A stretch of DNA of 63,984 bases, counting the filler, from Blastocystis sp. subtype 4 (Eukaryota), in NCBI RefSeq assembly GCF_000743755.1. It is 5 parts of 5 records of this genome, joined end to end, with 100 filler letters (N's around TTAATTAATTAA, not from the genome) between each part and the next. Parts side by side here need not be neighbours in the genome. Positions count along the whole stretch, not along the records: positions 1 to 14,049 come from NW_014569278.1; 4 more parts are not named here. One strand, 5' to 3'. Position 1 is the stretch's first letter. The number at the start of each line of letters is the position of its first letter. Below, piece after piece: positions 1 to 14,149 of the stretch. The position numbers and the translations under genes were made by a program. Under the pieces are notes generated by a model. It had not been told where the DNA came from. It worked only from the letters and a program-made list of their open reading frames with translations, and ran no database searches.

Positions 1-155
1 CACTCCTTCTTTGCCATTGTATCGATCACCTTCTTTCCCTTTCCCTTCTTGTTGATCTTCTTCTGAGTCTTGCCTACAAAATCGGTTACAAATCACTAGC
101 TCATAATTCTGCTTTGATAAGAGTCATTTACGAGTCAATACCTACCAATAGCCAT
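1..155 (-). CDS. RPS3A: 40S ribosomal protein S3a/eS1, 5' part (runs off window)
   Basis: ATG at 155 and a 72-nt intron (74-145) give MAIGKTQKKINKKGKGKKVIDTMAKKEW, the eS1 N-terminus. Confidence 0.85.
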
Positions 156-297
156 GATTTAACACAACAATAACAGTTCTTTGTCATTTTGTTGGTGTTG
201 GGATCCCCATTCATGGATGATGTGATCTCGACGTCATTCATTTTTGCAGAGAGAGTGATCGATTAAATCTGGTCGTTCGCTTTGTGAAGGAATCACG

Positions 298-1603
298 ATG
301 GAATCAACGAAAGAAGAGAGAATTAAGGCTTTCAAGGAAATAGTAACTAAGAGCAAGTATATTCTTGCACCAATGGTACATTGATATTTGTAGAATCAAT
401 TTCTAGGTGGAGCAATGCGATCTCCCCTTTCGTCTTTTAGTCCGCAAATATGGATGTCAATTATGTTATACGCAAATGTATCACTCTCGTGTAATGTTTG
501 AGGATAATGCCTATGTGGAACGATCGTTTCATACTTGTGAGAAGGATCGACCATTAACAGTTCAAGTAATAGTGAAATGCAATTGTGAATGAATAGCTTT
601 GTGGAAATGACCCTGATTGTATGAAACGGGCGGCACTCAAGTTTTCTAATGTATGTGATGCCGTTGATTTGAATCTTGGATGCCCACAAGTTTGAAGTTG
701 TGATTTTCGGTGATGAATAGGGTATTGCTCGAAAGGGTCACTATGGTTCCTTTCTGCTTCCTGATTTCGATAGAGTCGAAGAAATTGCCAAAGCATTGGG
801 AAGTGACGATGTTCCTATCCCCTTCACTGTCAAGATCCGTCTCCTACCGCAATTGAAAGATACAATTGCTTTATGTCAAATGCTGGAACGGGAGGGTGCT
901 CAATTGATTACTGTTCTCATAGATGATATTTCTTACAAGTAGGTTCATGGACGCACAAAAGAGCAGAACAAGGATAATGTCGGTGAATGTGACTGGAAGG
1001 CAATTCAACGGATTCGTGATTCTCTCTCTATTCCTGTGTTTGCTAATGGCGGCATTTCATGTCTCTCTGATGTTGAACGTTGTATAAAGGAGACTGGTGT
1101 GAATGGAGTGATGGTTGGTGAAGCTATCCTTGAGAATCCTGCTCTATTTGTAAATGGGGTTGATCCAACTGATGGTCACAATCTCACTGTTGTAAGAATT
1201 CCATTTCATTTTTCATATAGGACGAAATTTGCTATGAATATTTGGATCTTGAAAAGGAGTATCCAGCTTTCTCTGCTGAGATTAAGGCTCATATGTTTAA
1301 ATTACTTTATCGTGCTCTCTGTGTACCCATCAGAATGTGATTTGAGTGTAGATATTCACTGACGAACGAACCCAATTAGCCATGATGAATTTCAACTCTC
1401 CTGAGAAGAAAGAGGAATTGAGGGAGTTGATCCATCGGTTGGCTGATAAGATGCATGAACGGGGGGATGAATGGCTACTGAAAGATTGTACAGTGAGAGA
1501 GGATTCGTGGTATAATCGTCATCTTCGGAAAGTGTCCAAAGAATCTCAAGAAAAGAAGGAAATGCTCCCAAAGAAATCTGTTGACTATTCTGTTTCTTTG
1601 TAG
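298..1603 (+). CDS. DUS1L: tRNA-dihydrouridine synthase, DUS1-like (multi-exon)
   Basis: Spliced motifs [44 protein letters not shown]. Genomic TAG at 1601-1603, but TGTTTCTT at 1591 predicts a poly(A)-made stop at T1586. Confidence 0.9.
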
Positions 1604-1659
1604 TCAGGTTTTGCGTAATTGCGCCATCTTTCGGCTCTTTCTGTTTTTACAATTACGCA

Positions 1660-2837
1660 ATGAACAAGAAACTCTTCTTGATTTCTTTTAGTATTACATG
1701 TGTCTTTATCACAGCTACACTTGTTGTATATTCCAAACTCTCACCTGTTATTGATACAATTGTTCTCGATTCTGTGCAGTCTGATGTAGACATAATTCAA
1801 TTCGATGGTTTGTAATATTATTTGGTTATAAGAGGATAGATGCAAAGAAATTCGTGAATAGTCCCGAATTCGCACAGCTGTCGATTGACGAACGAACTGA
1901 TGTCGTCCGAGAGTATCTTTTCAATCAGGCAAAACCTGTTTATGAGTGTCTTCTCCATACTCCCGAGAAGAAGTGCTTCTTGTACAATAGCAAAGATGGA
2001 ATTTATGCGCCAAAGAAGTACCTCATTGAGGATATGACAATGAAGTATCCGCACACCTATCATACCATTGTGAATAATCCTCATGCTTGTGATAATGATG
2101 TTTATATTGTGATTGGAAGCCCTGTGGGTCCACGTCAGTTCGTAGAACGTGTTGCTACACGTGAAGCTTGGGGCAACATTCATAGTGTTGATGGCCATAA
2201 AGTGATCCATCTCTTCTTTGCAGGCCATGATGAAGATGATGAAGAAAACGATCGCCTTATTCGGGAGGAGAATGAGAAGTATCATGACATTATTCAGTTC
2301 GATATGAAGAATCATTTCATGAATCTCACTCTTCTAGCCATCCTTACCTATAATTGGACGTATCATTACTGTCCCAATATTGCTTACTATGTTCGAGCTG
2401 ATAACGATTTGTGGTATAATCCTCGTTTACATATTCATAATTACTTATTACAGCGAAGAGAACAAACCCTAATAGGAAACATTGTTCAGGGAAATAAACC
2501 TATTCGTGTTGACGTTAGTCGGTATTGGATGCCAAAATCCATTTTTCCTGCTTCTACCTTTGATCCATACCCATCGGGTTGTTTTGTTACAATTGCTGGA
2601 GATACACTTCAAACGATCGTGAAGTATTGCGAACACATTGGACCTATCATCTATTTTGATGATGTTTTCTTGGGACAGATTGCATCCATTACGAATATTA
2701 CATTGTTGAGTTATCCTGGAGGTGTAATGGAGTTCTTGTGGAAGAAGTACAATGGAAAGACATATAAGAAACTAGCAGCTGCTCATCGCTACACTCCTGT
2801 GGATATTGTTGCCTTGTGGCAAATTGCGAATCGATAG
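1660..2837 (+). CDS. GT31 beta-1,3-galactosyltransferase-like type II membrane protein
   Basis: N-terminal TM, one intron near 1808-1839, motifs R..TREAWG, EENEKYHDIIQ, NLTL, YYVRADND, YPSG, DDVFLG. Confidence 0.85.
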
Positions 2838-2851
2838 TTTTCTAGCTCAAT

Positions 2852-2867
2852 TGTTTCTTAACAAACA
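2852..2867. terminator. Back-to-back poly(A) elements of convergent genes (TGTTTCTT on +, TGTTTGTT on -)
   Basis: TGTTTCTT-AACAAACA between GT31 stop (2837) and methyltransferase stop (2870). Confidence 0.75.
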
Positions 2868-2869
2868 AT

Positions 2870-3901
2870 TCATTCGTCTTCATTTTCATCACTCTCTACA
2901 ATATAGTCATCTTCTTCACTCTCTTCACTTTCCACAACATACTCCTCATCATTCCCTTCCTCCTCCATCTCACTTCCACAATCGACAATACTGACATCAA
3001 AATTGTTTATATCTTCCGAAACATCAACTTGCTCTCCAGAAATCCGTCCATTCTTTGTGAAAACGTATCTACTGATCATTCGCAAATACATCGCAAACAC
3101 AGCAGGACAATCTTCTCCAATGGTATAAATCTATTTTTTATATTTCACTCTTTCCATTACCGTAGATGAATACTTGTATGACTTCCAATCAAACAAAGGA
3201 ATCAACTACACTGGATCTGGTATTAATCACATACACGAGAGAGAAACTCTTGCATTTGACCATCTCGCGAGATTTGAGAAACAAGGATCAAGGATCCCTC
3301 ATCCAAGGCGTCAGTAGAATTAAGGAACCTGATTCTGCTAATCGAATGGATATTCCATGCAGGTTACAAAGTCCTCCACTATTTTGAATTCACCACAATT
3401 CAGAGCATCTAAAGTACCCTTATCAATGACAGCTCCAAATGAATGGTCATAGTCCATCTTTGTTGCATCTACAACCTTGTACTCAACAGAAGCTCTATAA
3501 TAAACATCTTATTGAAGACATACATCTGCTCAGTTTTCTGTTGATGTTTCTTCTTCATTTCTTCAATAACCGTAGGAGAAATGTCAATTCCTTCGATGGG
3601 TCCCTGATAATGAAATGCCAGGTCTTCACACAAATTGGAATTACCACATCCAACTACAAGGATCTGAATGTAAAGGAACAATAGAATTCAGCTAGATGGA
3701 TATCTTAGCATTTTTACTGATATGATCTTCAAAAATGGAAGCCAAACTTTCGTAATCATAGTACCATTCAAACTCATCATTTGGACACTTTTTATACCTA
3801 CAATCCGATTATCCCAACAAAACAAACCTTTCTTCCCAATAATCCGTATTTGCATACTCTCTATAGTCTTCAGGAGGCAATTCAGGATTGTCCGTATTCA
3901 T
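2870..3901 (-). CDS. SAM-dependent methyltransferase, EEF1AKMT4/METTL13-N-like; 6 introns, 2 of them U12-type
   Basis: Spliced YWEERY, FEWY, KILVVGCGNS, IDISPTVI, VIDKGTLDAL and an acidic tail. Confidence 0.85.
3314..3353 (-). other. U12-type AT-AC intron, 40 nt
   Basis: 5' ATATCCAT, branch TTCCTTAAT, 3' TAC; removal deletes an in-frame TAG and joins the downstream exons in frame. Confidence 0.8.
3664..3703 (-). other. U12-type AT-AG intron, 40 nt
   Basis: 5' ATATCCAT, branch TTCCTTTAC, 3' CAG; removal gives SKNAK|ILVVGCGNS (SAM motif I). Confidence 0.8.
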
Positions 3902-3978
3902 TCTACAAATGTATGTCACAAACAATATCGGAAGAGACAAACAAAACAAAGAGAAGCAAAGCTAATCGAAAGCCACTG

Positions 3979-6900
3979 CTACCGAAGCATAAACTCACTA
4001 GCTCCATAATGAATGGCAATCAGCAAGCGTTCACGCATAATCTTCTCACTGGAGTACTGTGGTAACTCCAACTCAAAGAAACATGTATGTGCAAGGGGGA
4101 GCATGTCATCTCCATAGTTCCTAGCACAAAGCTTGAACGGTCTTGGCCAGTTATCCTTATGCGGTAATCTCGATCTGCCCCATGTAAATCGCAAGAACTG
4201 ACTACGGTCCTTGTTGTCTAAACCTTCCATCACTTTCCAGAACCGCTTCACAACAGGATGCTGTTCTGTCCAGTTGGAATATATAGTATGCTGCTTCAGA
4301 TCCTCAATATCAATCTATCAATCACTCTGAGCAAGTTATCCCACTTCAGGCTCACCACAAACAGCACGCTCCAATTGATCCCATGTAAACAGAGCAATTG
4401 AACGCTGAGGAACCAGCGCTTGGATTCCACATGAGATTGCTTCTGAAGCCTGTTTGAACTCATTCACTTTGAACTCCAATGCCAACTCACTCCACTTCTC
4501 AGCTGTCTCATACATCACAGGAATCTACACTAAATCACCACTCACACACATACATCCACACCTCCAGGAATCAACTCCACGTCATTCCCAGCCAAGTCAC
4601 TCACCGAGAAGGTGAGCCCAAATGTATCATAGAACGACTCCTCCGCTTCTTCCTCATCAAACTCCTTGATTGTCTTCAAGAGATTCACAAAATCTGTATC
4701 CACACACTCTAGATCTTCCAATGTGGGTTGTGATCCAATGAAATACTTCCAGATCATCGAAGGTAACTCGAAGGCTAACTGTTGTTTGGTTCGTAAGGAG
4801 ATACCAATGAGATATCCCACAAACACATACATATCCATAACCTCGGATGAATGACGATATTTCGTATTCGGAAGATACTTCTCCTCATTAATACCTTCTT
4901 CTGCACGCGAATTAGGACATGGTAAGAACAAGTCAATTCGATCACTGAACAGATCTTCCACACTACAACTCATTCCCCTCTTCCTTCCTTACCATCGTTC
5001 AATTGTATCTCGATACAACCCACCAAAGTCTAATCCTTGTTCTCCCTTGTACTTCACTGCAAACAATCGATCACGCTTATCCAGTGGTGAACGCAGAATG
5101 TTGGTATCAATCTTCATCACTTCACGGAACATCTGAGCAAATGTACACTGACTAGTGAATGCATTCTTCGTGATGGACTCATTGAACAAAATTGGCGCTC
5201 TTTGTGTGGAATCATCGGGATCTTCATATGTTCTCATTGAGTCTAAAATGATAACAGGTCTTGAATCCTTCGGATCATACTGTGTTTCCTTGATTGATAA
5301 TTCTAAGACACTCTCTTTAGTAGCCGGATCGATATACTCTGACATGGCACAAAGGATAGCTCCCAAGCGATTCTCCTGAGCCATATCCATCAGGTCAATG
5401 TACTGAATGACCGAACTTAACTGTCTATTCAACAGACGAATCAGTGTCAGACGTTGGCGGAGTTCCATACTCGTGAAAGCATTAAGACTGTTGAATCGAA
5501 TGTAATCCTCTTGTGTGAGGAAGAAACTGCCAATATCATATGATGATGGTTGGACTTTCTGAACGACACACTTCTGATGGAACAAGTTCATTAATTGAGC
5601 GTCTTGAGGATGATCGAATCGTCTCATTGCATCAGCAAGCTCACGATAATACTCCTCTGTCCATTCTCCATTCATTGACTGACATACATAGCGAAGATAA
5701 GAAGCATCCGGCAATGAACCATAGTAGAGATTACGAGCCAGTCTGTGAACATCACGAAGAGCAGCTCGATCATCATTCAATACTACTTGAGGAGGATCTG
5801 GATTGAAAGGAGGTAACAAAGTAGAGGACTCATCAGTCATCTTCAACTGAACCAATTCATCGTATAACTCAAAAGAAATACACATTTCCAACATCAGTCG
5901 AATCTCTGGAGGTACCTTGCTGGTCTTCACCAAACGCATGTAACGATATACATTCCGTTGAATGCCAGAAATGTCTGGAAGATGCGTTAGTGGGTATAAC
6001 TGAGGTTCTGACAAGAGACGCAATAGTAACTCAACAGCACGAGATTTGTAAGGAGCTCCATACGTACATATATACTTAATGATGGTCGCCACCACATTGT
6101 TGAAATACTCCGGAGCTTGAAGAGAATACTCTGCTCCTACATCCAACAGTAACTCCAACTCCCAATTAATCCAATCAAAACATCCTCCACTCATAGCCTG
6201 CATGTCGTTGGACCAAGAAAGACCAGTTAATGGTTCTACAGCGAAGCCATATCCCCAGCATGTGTTATTATCCTGCATAGCCTCAAAACAATAGTAAATA
6301 GCATTCCCCTGAATATGAAGTGTAGAGAATCGATCAAAAGAACCTGTATATCGACCTATCACATGCGAATAGGAACTATCTCGATAAAATGTTATGAAAG
6401 CTTGGTCACATTGAAGCATACACCGATCATCAAACAGGATTCGTAAAGCCTGAGCCTTTGGTATGATAATCTTATCATAATACTTTCCCATCTTGTAATA
6501 TGGATGAAGAGACTCCACGTAATAACGAACAGTTCCTAATGGATGAATTAGAGAACCAAATGGAGATGAACACCAGCATCCTTTCATGAATTCTGCTAGA
6601 AGAAGTGGAGTTGATTCCTGTTTGATCATCATTATCAACGTCTGCTTCAGAATATACGTAAGAGCCGAATGAGGAGTGATATGTGTTATTCCAGACATAT
6701 ACGACTTGCTAGCAATCGTACTATAAAATACATGAATCAACTTTGTAAATGAAACGATATCCTGAGGCTTCACATCATACTCTGTGAATATGTTAATTCC
6801 TTTCTTCTGGAATAGATATAGAAGTGTGATTATTAGTTCACGAAGGAGACGAAGATCTAGATTCAAACAAATACGAGCTGTCATTCGACGTAATGCAGAT

Positions 6901-9900
6901 ACAGATGTAAATGCATTACCGAAACGCCGTTTATGGAACACAATGTCAGTATAAGGATAGGTGACTTGCTTACTAATTCCACTGTTAGTATCCAGCATTG
7001 TCAATGTTACATGCATATCCTGGACCTTCGTAACAACACCAGTTGGATCGACAGGATAGACCACATCTAACTGCGATGTCCGTTTGGATGCAATAGTGTT
7101 CAAAGCTCCTTGAATGTTCTTTGGAGTTGCAGGTTCCAGTTGAGCGAAATATGGAACGGAATGCATGATTTGCGTCTTCTTTGCCATGATATTACGAACA
7201 CTCTGACCACTGAAGAGAGGAGAACTGCGAGGACAATCAAAATCAAATATGGCAGCGGTATCATCTTGATGCACTAGTGTGTTCACATGCTGCGCAACGA
7301 CAGTAGCATCCGTACTTGTTGAAACACTATGCTCCAGAAGGTAATTCACTACAGTAGTTTCATCATCATGAAACAAACGTAACGCCTTGTAGATCACAAG
7401 CAATGGTTGACCTAACACCTCCTGTAGCTTCTGAGCTCGCTTCAATCGATTAGGTTCAAACTGCTGATAGATCTCGAAGGAAGGTTCAGTGATTGCCTTT
7501 TCTGGCCCTGCATTACTATCAATCAGAGGAGTCTGCCGAGGAGTGGATGAATTGGCCTTGTAGAGATGAGGACATCCAGGATAAGTATCAATTAGTTGTT
7601 CAGCCAGATGATTGAAGCAATAACGTATGAACTCTGTTCCAAATATTCCTTTAGCAGGAGATGGCTTGAGAGCAAGAGCAAGCATGACAGAGATAAACTC
7701 CTTTGAGAGCAGACGAACACTTTCAGGGAATGAAATCATTAACTGATGGAACACATAAATAGCATTCTGTTCAAGAACAAGATTTTGCAATTCCACAATA
7801 TCAAACGGTTGATCATGAGAATCACGATCATCACTAGGAAGTTCAAATAACTCATCTGGATATTCCAAATTGATGATCACACGCTGGACATGTGTGATCA
7901 AGAAATCTCGAGTTTCATTTGATAGGTCAGCAGGTGGAGAGACTTTATCCACAACATCCAACGTATAAATCGTGAAGAGTTTGGGTACTTGCATCTGATC
8001 AAAGAGAACCAAGACCTCTCCTGAGTTAATATTATAGTCAATAACATATCCGGTTCCTGAAGACTGATGGATGGTTTGAATTAACACATCCAAATCTGTA
8101 ATGTGATCCATAAACTGTTGGCGAACACGAACTCGACACCCAGCATACAGACGACGAGATATTGAACCCATTACTTTCAATACAGCAGAACCCATAGAAT
8201 ACCACACAATACGTTCACGTTCCTTATTCTCACTTCGCTTTTCATTATGAGTTGTCTCCATATACTTCTTCTCAATAGCAATCTGATCTGCTACGCGTTC
8301 TAGAATCACCTCAAAGATATCCAGAATGAGATCCTTCCAACGCTTACTTTCTAACATAGTTCGCAATAAATAGACCACTTCTTCAGCTACGACAAGATTA
8401 CAATGACTTGCACCATATCCTTCAGGTCGAATCAACATTTTGCAACGTGTCTTCAAGGATTTGGGTTGAAGCGAAGGAGGATTGGGATACAATAGACGAT
8501 GCTTATTCACTTGTCTTCCTGAAGCATCTTCCTCCTCCACAATTTCTGTAGACAAACGCTGATAGATATAAGGAAAGAAAGGACAACATTGAGCACATGC
8601 CAAACGTTCTTCTGTCATAGCTCCGAAACAGAAGTCATCATGAACACAGAGATGAAGGAGATAGTAGATAAATGCTTGTTCTTTCTCTTCTATTGTCATT
8701 GAACGAGGATCTACTTCATGGAAGTCAGCAGTATAATCATAATTCTCTCCTGGATCCTCTTCATCATGACTCTCTTCATCTTCCTCTTCATCATTCAAGA
8801 ACGCATTGCTTGGACTGTTCCGTCGACTTAACACATTGCTTATTTCGGATGGCATTTTCTCCACTTCCTTCTTTGAGAAGAGGAATGTATACAAATTCTT
8901 ATCATCGAGCATTGAAGGGAGATAGTCTGTGTAGGGGACGATGGATTGCAAGCAGACAACAGCAAGCTTACGTAGACGAGGTGATCCGTACATCAGTTGC
9001 CAGATAGTGTCTCCGTAAAGTTGCCAATCAATCATTCCACCAATATAGGTATTGAGAACCCATGTGATAAGGGAGAGATAATAAGATAGAAGACTCTCTC
9101 CACTTGAAACCAGTAAATCACCTCGTTCGGGGCATACTCCATCATTGTCACAACTATCTCCACTGCTCTCAATATCACGGAAACATCCATGCCGACTCCG
9201 CTTGCGATCTGTTTCCACACTCAATCCAAATGGTTTCCAACCACGACAACGCCGTTCAAAAGAGGCCAACAGATATTGAAAGTACTCCATAAACTCATTA
9301 AACATTCCTCGCGTACACTGGAAATACCGAGGCGAATCATACCCAAAGACCATAAACACATCATCCAACGACCATGTTCGTGTATTCATATGCTGGGGTC
9401 GCGACTGTTTCAACTTCAATTGATGATCATAAAACTGACGAATGATTAACAGACCGTAACTGATTCGAAGGGAGTTTGCAAGGGCAAATACAGCTGTCGA
9501 GAAGCATCCATAGGTAGGATCTCCAATCGGTACTCGTTTGCGAGGCTCTGGAGACGTGGTCAGAGAGTGGGATGATGCTGCAGGAGAGGTACTGCTACTG
9601 CGAGTGAGACCGGCTGCTTTCACTGAACTCTTCAATGAACTCAATGCAGATGAAACCGAAAGACCACCCCGACCATTCCCAAGTCGCATCTCAGGAGTGG
9701 GTATCCGTGCATTGCTTGACAACGTGGGACGAACTTCAGTAGATGGAGGAGGAGGTGTCAAGAATCGCTCAGGCTCAGAACGAGGAGTCGAGGCCGCACT
9801 GTGGCTAAATACGCTACTCTCCATACGATCTCCATTACTATCCACAAACGGATTCCCATCCTTGCCACGAACAACATATTCATTCGTGGGAATACGTTGA

Positions 9901-12900
9901 CAGTTTGCATCCCAATATGGTCCTGCAGTGATCATAACATCTTGACCAATCATGCTTGATAATTTCTTTAGTTGTCTCTGGTAGAAGGCAGGTAACTGCA
10001 AGTAGAAGGGATTGTAAATTAGAGTGTTGTTAAAGTCGCAGGAGAGAATCCATAGAACCGTTGTTCCAAGTCTCCAACGCATCTGGTTCACACAATCCTC
10101 ACAGAGATTCATCAGGAATCGACAGAAAGCAAGGATATTGTTGTTAATTTGCTTCACATATTCTTGCCCCACTCCGTTAATATTCGCCATGAAATCAGCC
10201 ATTTGGATCTCATCCAAACTATTTGTGAATGGAGAGAACTGGGATAATCGAGAGCGATAGGTAGCAGCATTGGGCGTGGAGATGAGAGCGGACTGAACAC
10301 CCAGAAGATAGAGTCGGGACGCCTGTGGGAATGCGTTCAATTGTGTAAGGATCTCAATAGAGTCTGTATAGGCTTGAGCACGATCCTCAGCACTTTTTAT
10401 ACATTCTTTAAGATGATTCTCAACATCCTCAGCACTCAAAGAAGGCGTATTCAGTAGGAAAGCATGAACAGATTGAACAATAGTCTCTGTGATAGATTCA
10501 GGAAGGTCATCCAATCCCACTTCTGGAGGAGCCATATTACTAATCGTTTTGCGAGTGAAAGGAACATCAGGATTGTCATTAGGATACTGATAAGCCAGTT
10601 CATGAGTAGTTACATCTACTGGCTGGTTCATATTCATAAGCAAGTCTAGTTTATCTCCATAGTTCTTTTCAATGTCTCGAAGTGATTTGAAAGACTCAGC
10701 CAATTCTGGATCAAACTCAGAATACTCTGCTTCCACAGTTTGAGAAGCCTCAGTGGTAGCATACGAATGAGTTAGGTCAGAATGAGCGGGATTGTTTTGA
10801 GAGACATCAGATTGAGAACGATAAATATCAATTGTGTCTCCTTCACGTGGATGTGACTCATTATCACTCGAAACACTATTGTTAGGAAGAGAAAGCTTAT
10901 CATTGCTCAGATATGTACTTGAATCCAACTTGATCTCTTCACTATCACTCTCACTCTCTGATAATAGAGATGCTAATGAACGAGCAGCTCGTCGATTCAT
11001 TGTGAATGAAGTACTTCGCTGCATTCCCTTCAAATCTTTTGTGATCTGGAATTCTTGTTTCTTGGCACGGAGATGTTCTCGGATACTTAGAACTCCTCTC
11101 CAGATAGTGCCCAGTTCTTCGGGTACAGGAATAAGTGTTGGATCTGTAGTCTGAAGCTTCTGATAGATTGTTTGCAGAACAGATGACAGCCGAGAAAGAT
11201 GAACCAGAACAATAAACAGTCGGAATTCCAATTGTGTATTACGATAGAGCCGACTCTTCCACATAGCTTCACGATAATGACATTCCATCCATGTGAATAG
11301 AACCTTCCACATAGAATCTCGACATGTATACAAAGAGTATAAGAATGAACGGCCTTCTACTGTATTCACATCCGCTGCTAGACCTCCAGAGAGAATGTAA
11401 GAACGAGCCCACACCAGAAGAAGCTCATCCTGAGATGTGAGAGGAATCACAGCAGGGGCTAGACCAGTGATGTATCGAGAGTCAGCAGCAACAAGAATAT
11501 AAAGCAAAGCAAAGTACCATGCAGTGTTTGAAGAAGGAACAGAACAATAAGTCTTACTGAAGAGAGCCGTTTGCAGACAATTATCATTCTCCATGTTGTC
11601 ATGATTCAAATGAGCAACTGTTAAGAAGTGAGTCCACAACTGGACCATTTCACTGATCTGGTTATCAGCTGCAATCATGATATCATCATCCAGTGAACCC
11701 ACATACAAGCAAGTCATGATAAATGGTACTAACTGATGCAGAAGAGAACTCTGAAGAGCTCGGAGAATCTCATCAAGAGACTGACGATGATTGAGAAAAC
11801 ACTGTTCAGCCTTCCTAATCAGACTTGTAGATCGAACGTAAATCATTTCTAGGTATTTCGCCAAAATATTTGTTTCTGTGCGAGTATGTTCGAGATCTCC
11901 TTGGACTTGAGAAAAGAGATAAATCTGGAATGGGAACAAAACATCAAGACGGGCAGCTTGAGAACACATTCCTCGCTCAAATGATCGGTTTGATCGTCTC
12001 TCATCAAAGAAATCCTAGACTAAAAGAGGATCCATGTACTTACATTGACATCCTGCATAGCTAGATCCAATACTTCCTGAATCACTTCTACTGCTTGAAG
12101 TACAAAACCATCTTATACTCAGAATCATCACATAATCCTACCATCATTAACACTATCCAGATCGAAGGATGGTAACATCAATTGAAGACGTTGCTTTCCG
12201 ATCTTAGCATGGAAGAGACTACGTGACTTCGCCAATCCACTTCCTAGATAAGCATTGCAATAACGAGACCATGAGACTAGATAAGAATCATTTCATACAA
12301 AGTACTGCATGAAGGATACTCCACACCTTGAAGAGGACGGTAATCCTTATGAGATACTGGATTTGTACTATATATGAAGAAATGAAGCAAAAGTCAACAG
12401 AACCACATCATAACAATTCTCTCCTCCATAACGATATGTATTGTCCGTTCCATTATCATCCCATTTGATACGGACAGCAGCTCTAGGAGTCGACTTCCAC
12501 TCCTTTACCATCAACACAGTACCTTGATGTCCCATGCCTCCATCTTGATCTGACCATTGCCAGTCCGGACCTCGCTGTACTCGCATATTTGCTTGAAGGG
12601 GCAGAAAAAGGACTAGATCATATCACAAGTACAGAAGTACATTTCTTCTCATCATCGAGAATATCATGAAGAGGGCAATACTCGAGATGAGGATTACGAC
12701 TATGAATCACATTGTATGAACATAAATCACTTGCATGTACAGAAAGAACATGATCCTGGTAAGGCAGGTCGTAAGGATGCACCGTTAATCTGTGCAGAAC
12801 GAAGAATACTGCCGATGAATTATTAGAGAAATCCATACCGGTGAAGGAAGATTACCAAAGCATTACGACGAATAAAGAATTCCTCAAATGAGCTCGTTGT

Positions 12901-13405
12901 ATTGACAATGACAGACAGTTCCTGAAGATGGACAGTCTCCAATCCTAGTGTGTCTTCGGCATGCAACACACCTGCAGCACTCTTCAGAGCATAATTCCGG
13001 ATATTATCCAAATCTTTGTCTAATCAAATCCAATACATCCATACATATCTTCCGAAGACTTTCCGACAGACGGACATTCTGAACTCTTGAAAAGCGGATA
13101 GACTCATTCTCCCGAAACACATCGGGAATAACAGGATTATCTCCAAAGAGTTTCGCTGTTACTGTGACAAGAAAGTTCTTGGAGCAACGTTCCTACGAGA
13201 TAATCACGCATCCAATTCCAGTGAAATACCTTGTACCACGTTTCTCCTCCAATACACTTGAAATCATCTGAGGACAAAGAATTACCCATGAGTGGTTTAC
13301 CTAGATATAAAATGTCTTCATGAACAATATCCAACCCTCTTATCACAGATAGTGTGTTTTTAAGCTAAAGAGATTGATTATTAGTATGCAACATCCTGGT
13401 TTCAT
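3979..13405 (-). CDS. Giant HECT E3 ubiquitin ligase with MIB-HERC2 domain (HERC/HECTD-like)
   Basis: MIB-HERC2 motif RVQRGPDWQWSDQDGG; HECT motifs KYKGEQGLDFGGLYRD, FLRFTWGRSRLP and catalytic LPLAHTCFFELELPQY. 5' exons and start uncertain. Confidence 0.85.
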
Positions 13406-13645
13406 GGCTGAGAGTTCACTTCAAAAACCGCGGGTCTCGGAAACAATCCCATCTCTTTGTTCTATAACAGTGTCTATTATCCATTTCCAGTTTCTTGAAG
13501 TTATCAATACCACATAGACCACATTGTTTGTTAATCACCACTAATGAGCTCTTCTTTCCATTATTCGATATTCGTATTCATTAACCAACGTCTCTGTCAT
13601 ACTCTGACCACTGAGATATCTCATTGATTTGGATACAGGAATAGA

Positions 13646-14049
13646 ATGGCAGAAGCTGCTCGTATGGTAGGATTGTTTGAATATTCTACGATGAATCCTA
13701 GTTAACAAAGGTGGCAAAATGGTCCATTGGTATTGGAGCCGGTTTGGTCTGTTTCGATCAGTGTATTTACGATGGTAGATTTTGGTTATACTTGAAATGT
13801 AATCATTGTAGTTGATGGAGGCGAACGAGCCGTCATCTTCGATCGTTTCCGTGGAGTGTTGCCTAAAACAGTTGCTGAGGGAACTCATTTCCGAATTCCT
13901 CTGATTCAGGTAGGAAATGGTTGATTTGGTGAAGTGTATAGTACCCTTACATTTATGATATTCGTACCACTCCCCGTGAGATTTCTACAGAGACTGGTAC
14001 AAAGGATTTGCAGACAGTGGGCATTTCTCTTCGAGTGTTGACACATCCT
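13646..14049 (+). CDS. PHB: Prohibitin, 5' part (truncated by contig end)
   Basis: Spliced [48 protein letters not shown]...TGTKDLQTV. Confidence 0.92.
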
Positions 14050-14149
14050 NNNNNNNNNNNNNNNNNNNNNNNNNNNNNNNNNNNNNNNNNNNNTTAATTA
14101 ATTAANNNNNNNNNNNNNNNNNNNNNNNNNNNNNNNNNNNNNNNNNNNN
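14050..14149. other. Artificial contig-joining linker
   Basis: N run + TTAATTAATTAA (stops in all six frames) + N run, 100 nt. Confidence 0.97.

Noticed and set aside
12240..12370. GTATCCTTC U12-like donor in the HECT gene
   Set aside because: Branch site is weak and an all-canonical micro-exon solution exists; unresolved without cDNA
13525..13532. Orphan TGTTTGTT motifs (also 30912, 31166, 36341, 40662)
   Set aside because: Not at gene ends; a few chance hits of an AT-rich 8-mer are expected over both strands
14094..14105. TTAATTAATTAA as a biological repeat or transposon target site
   Set aside because: Embedded in N runs; synthetic linker
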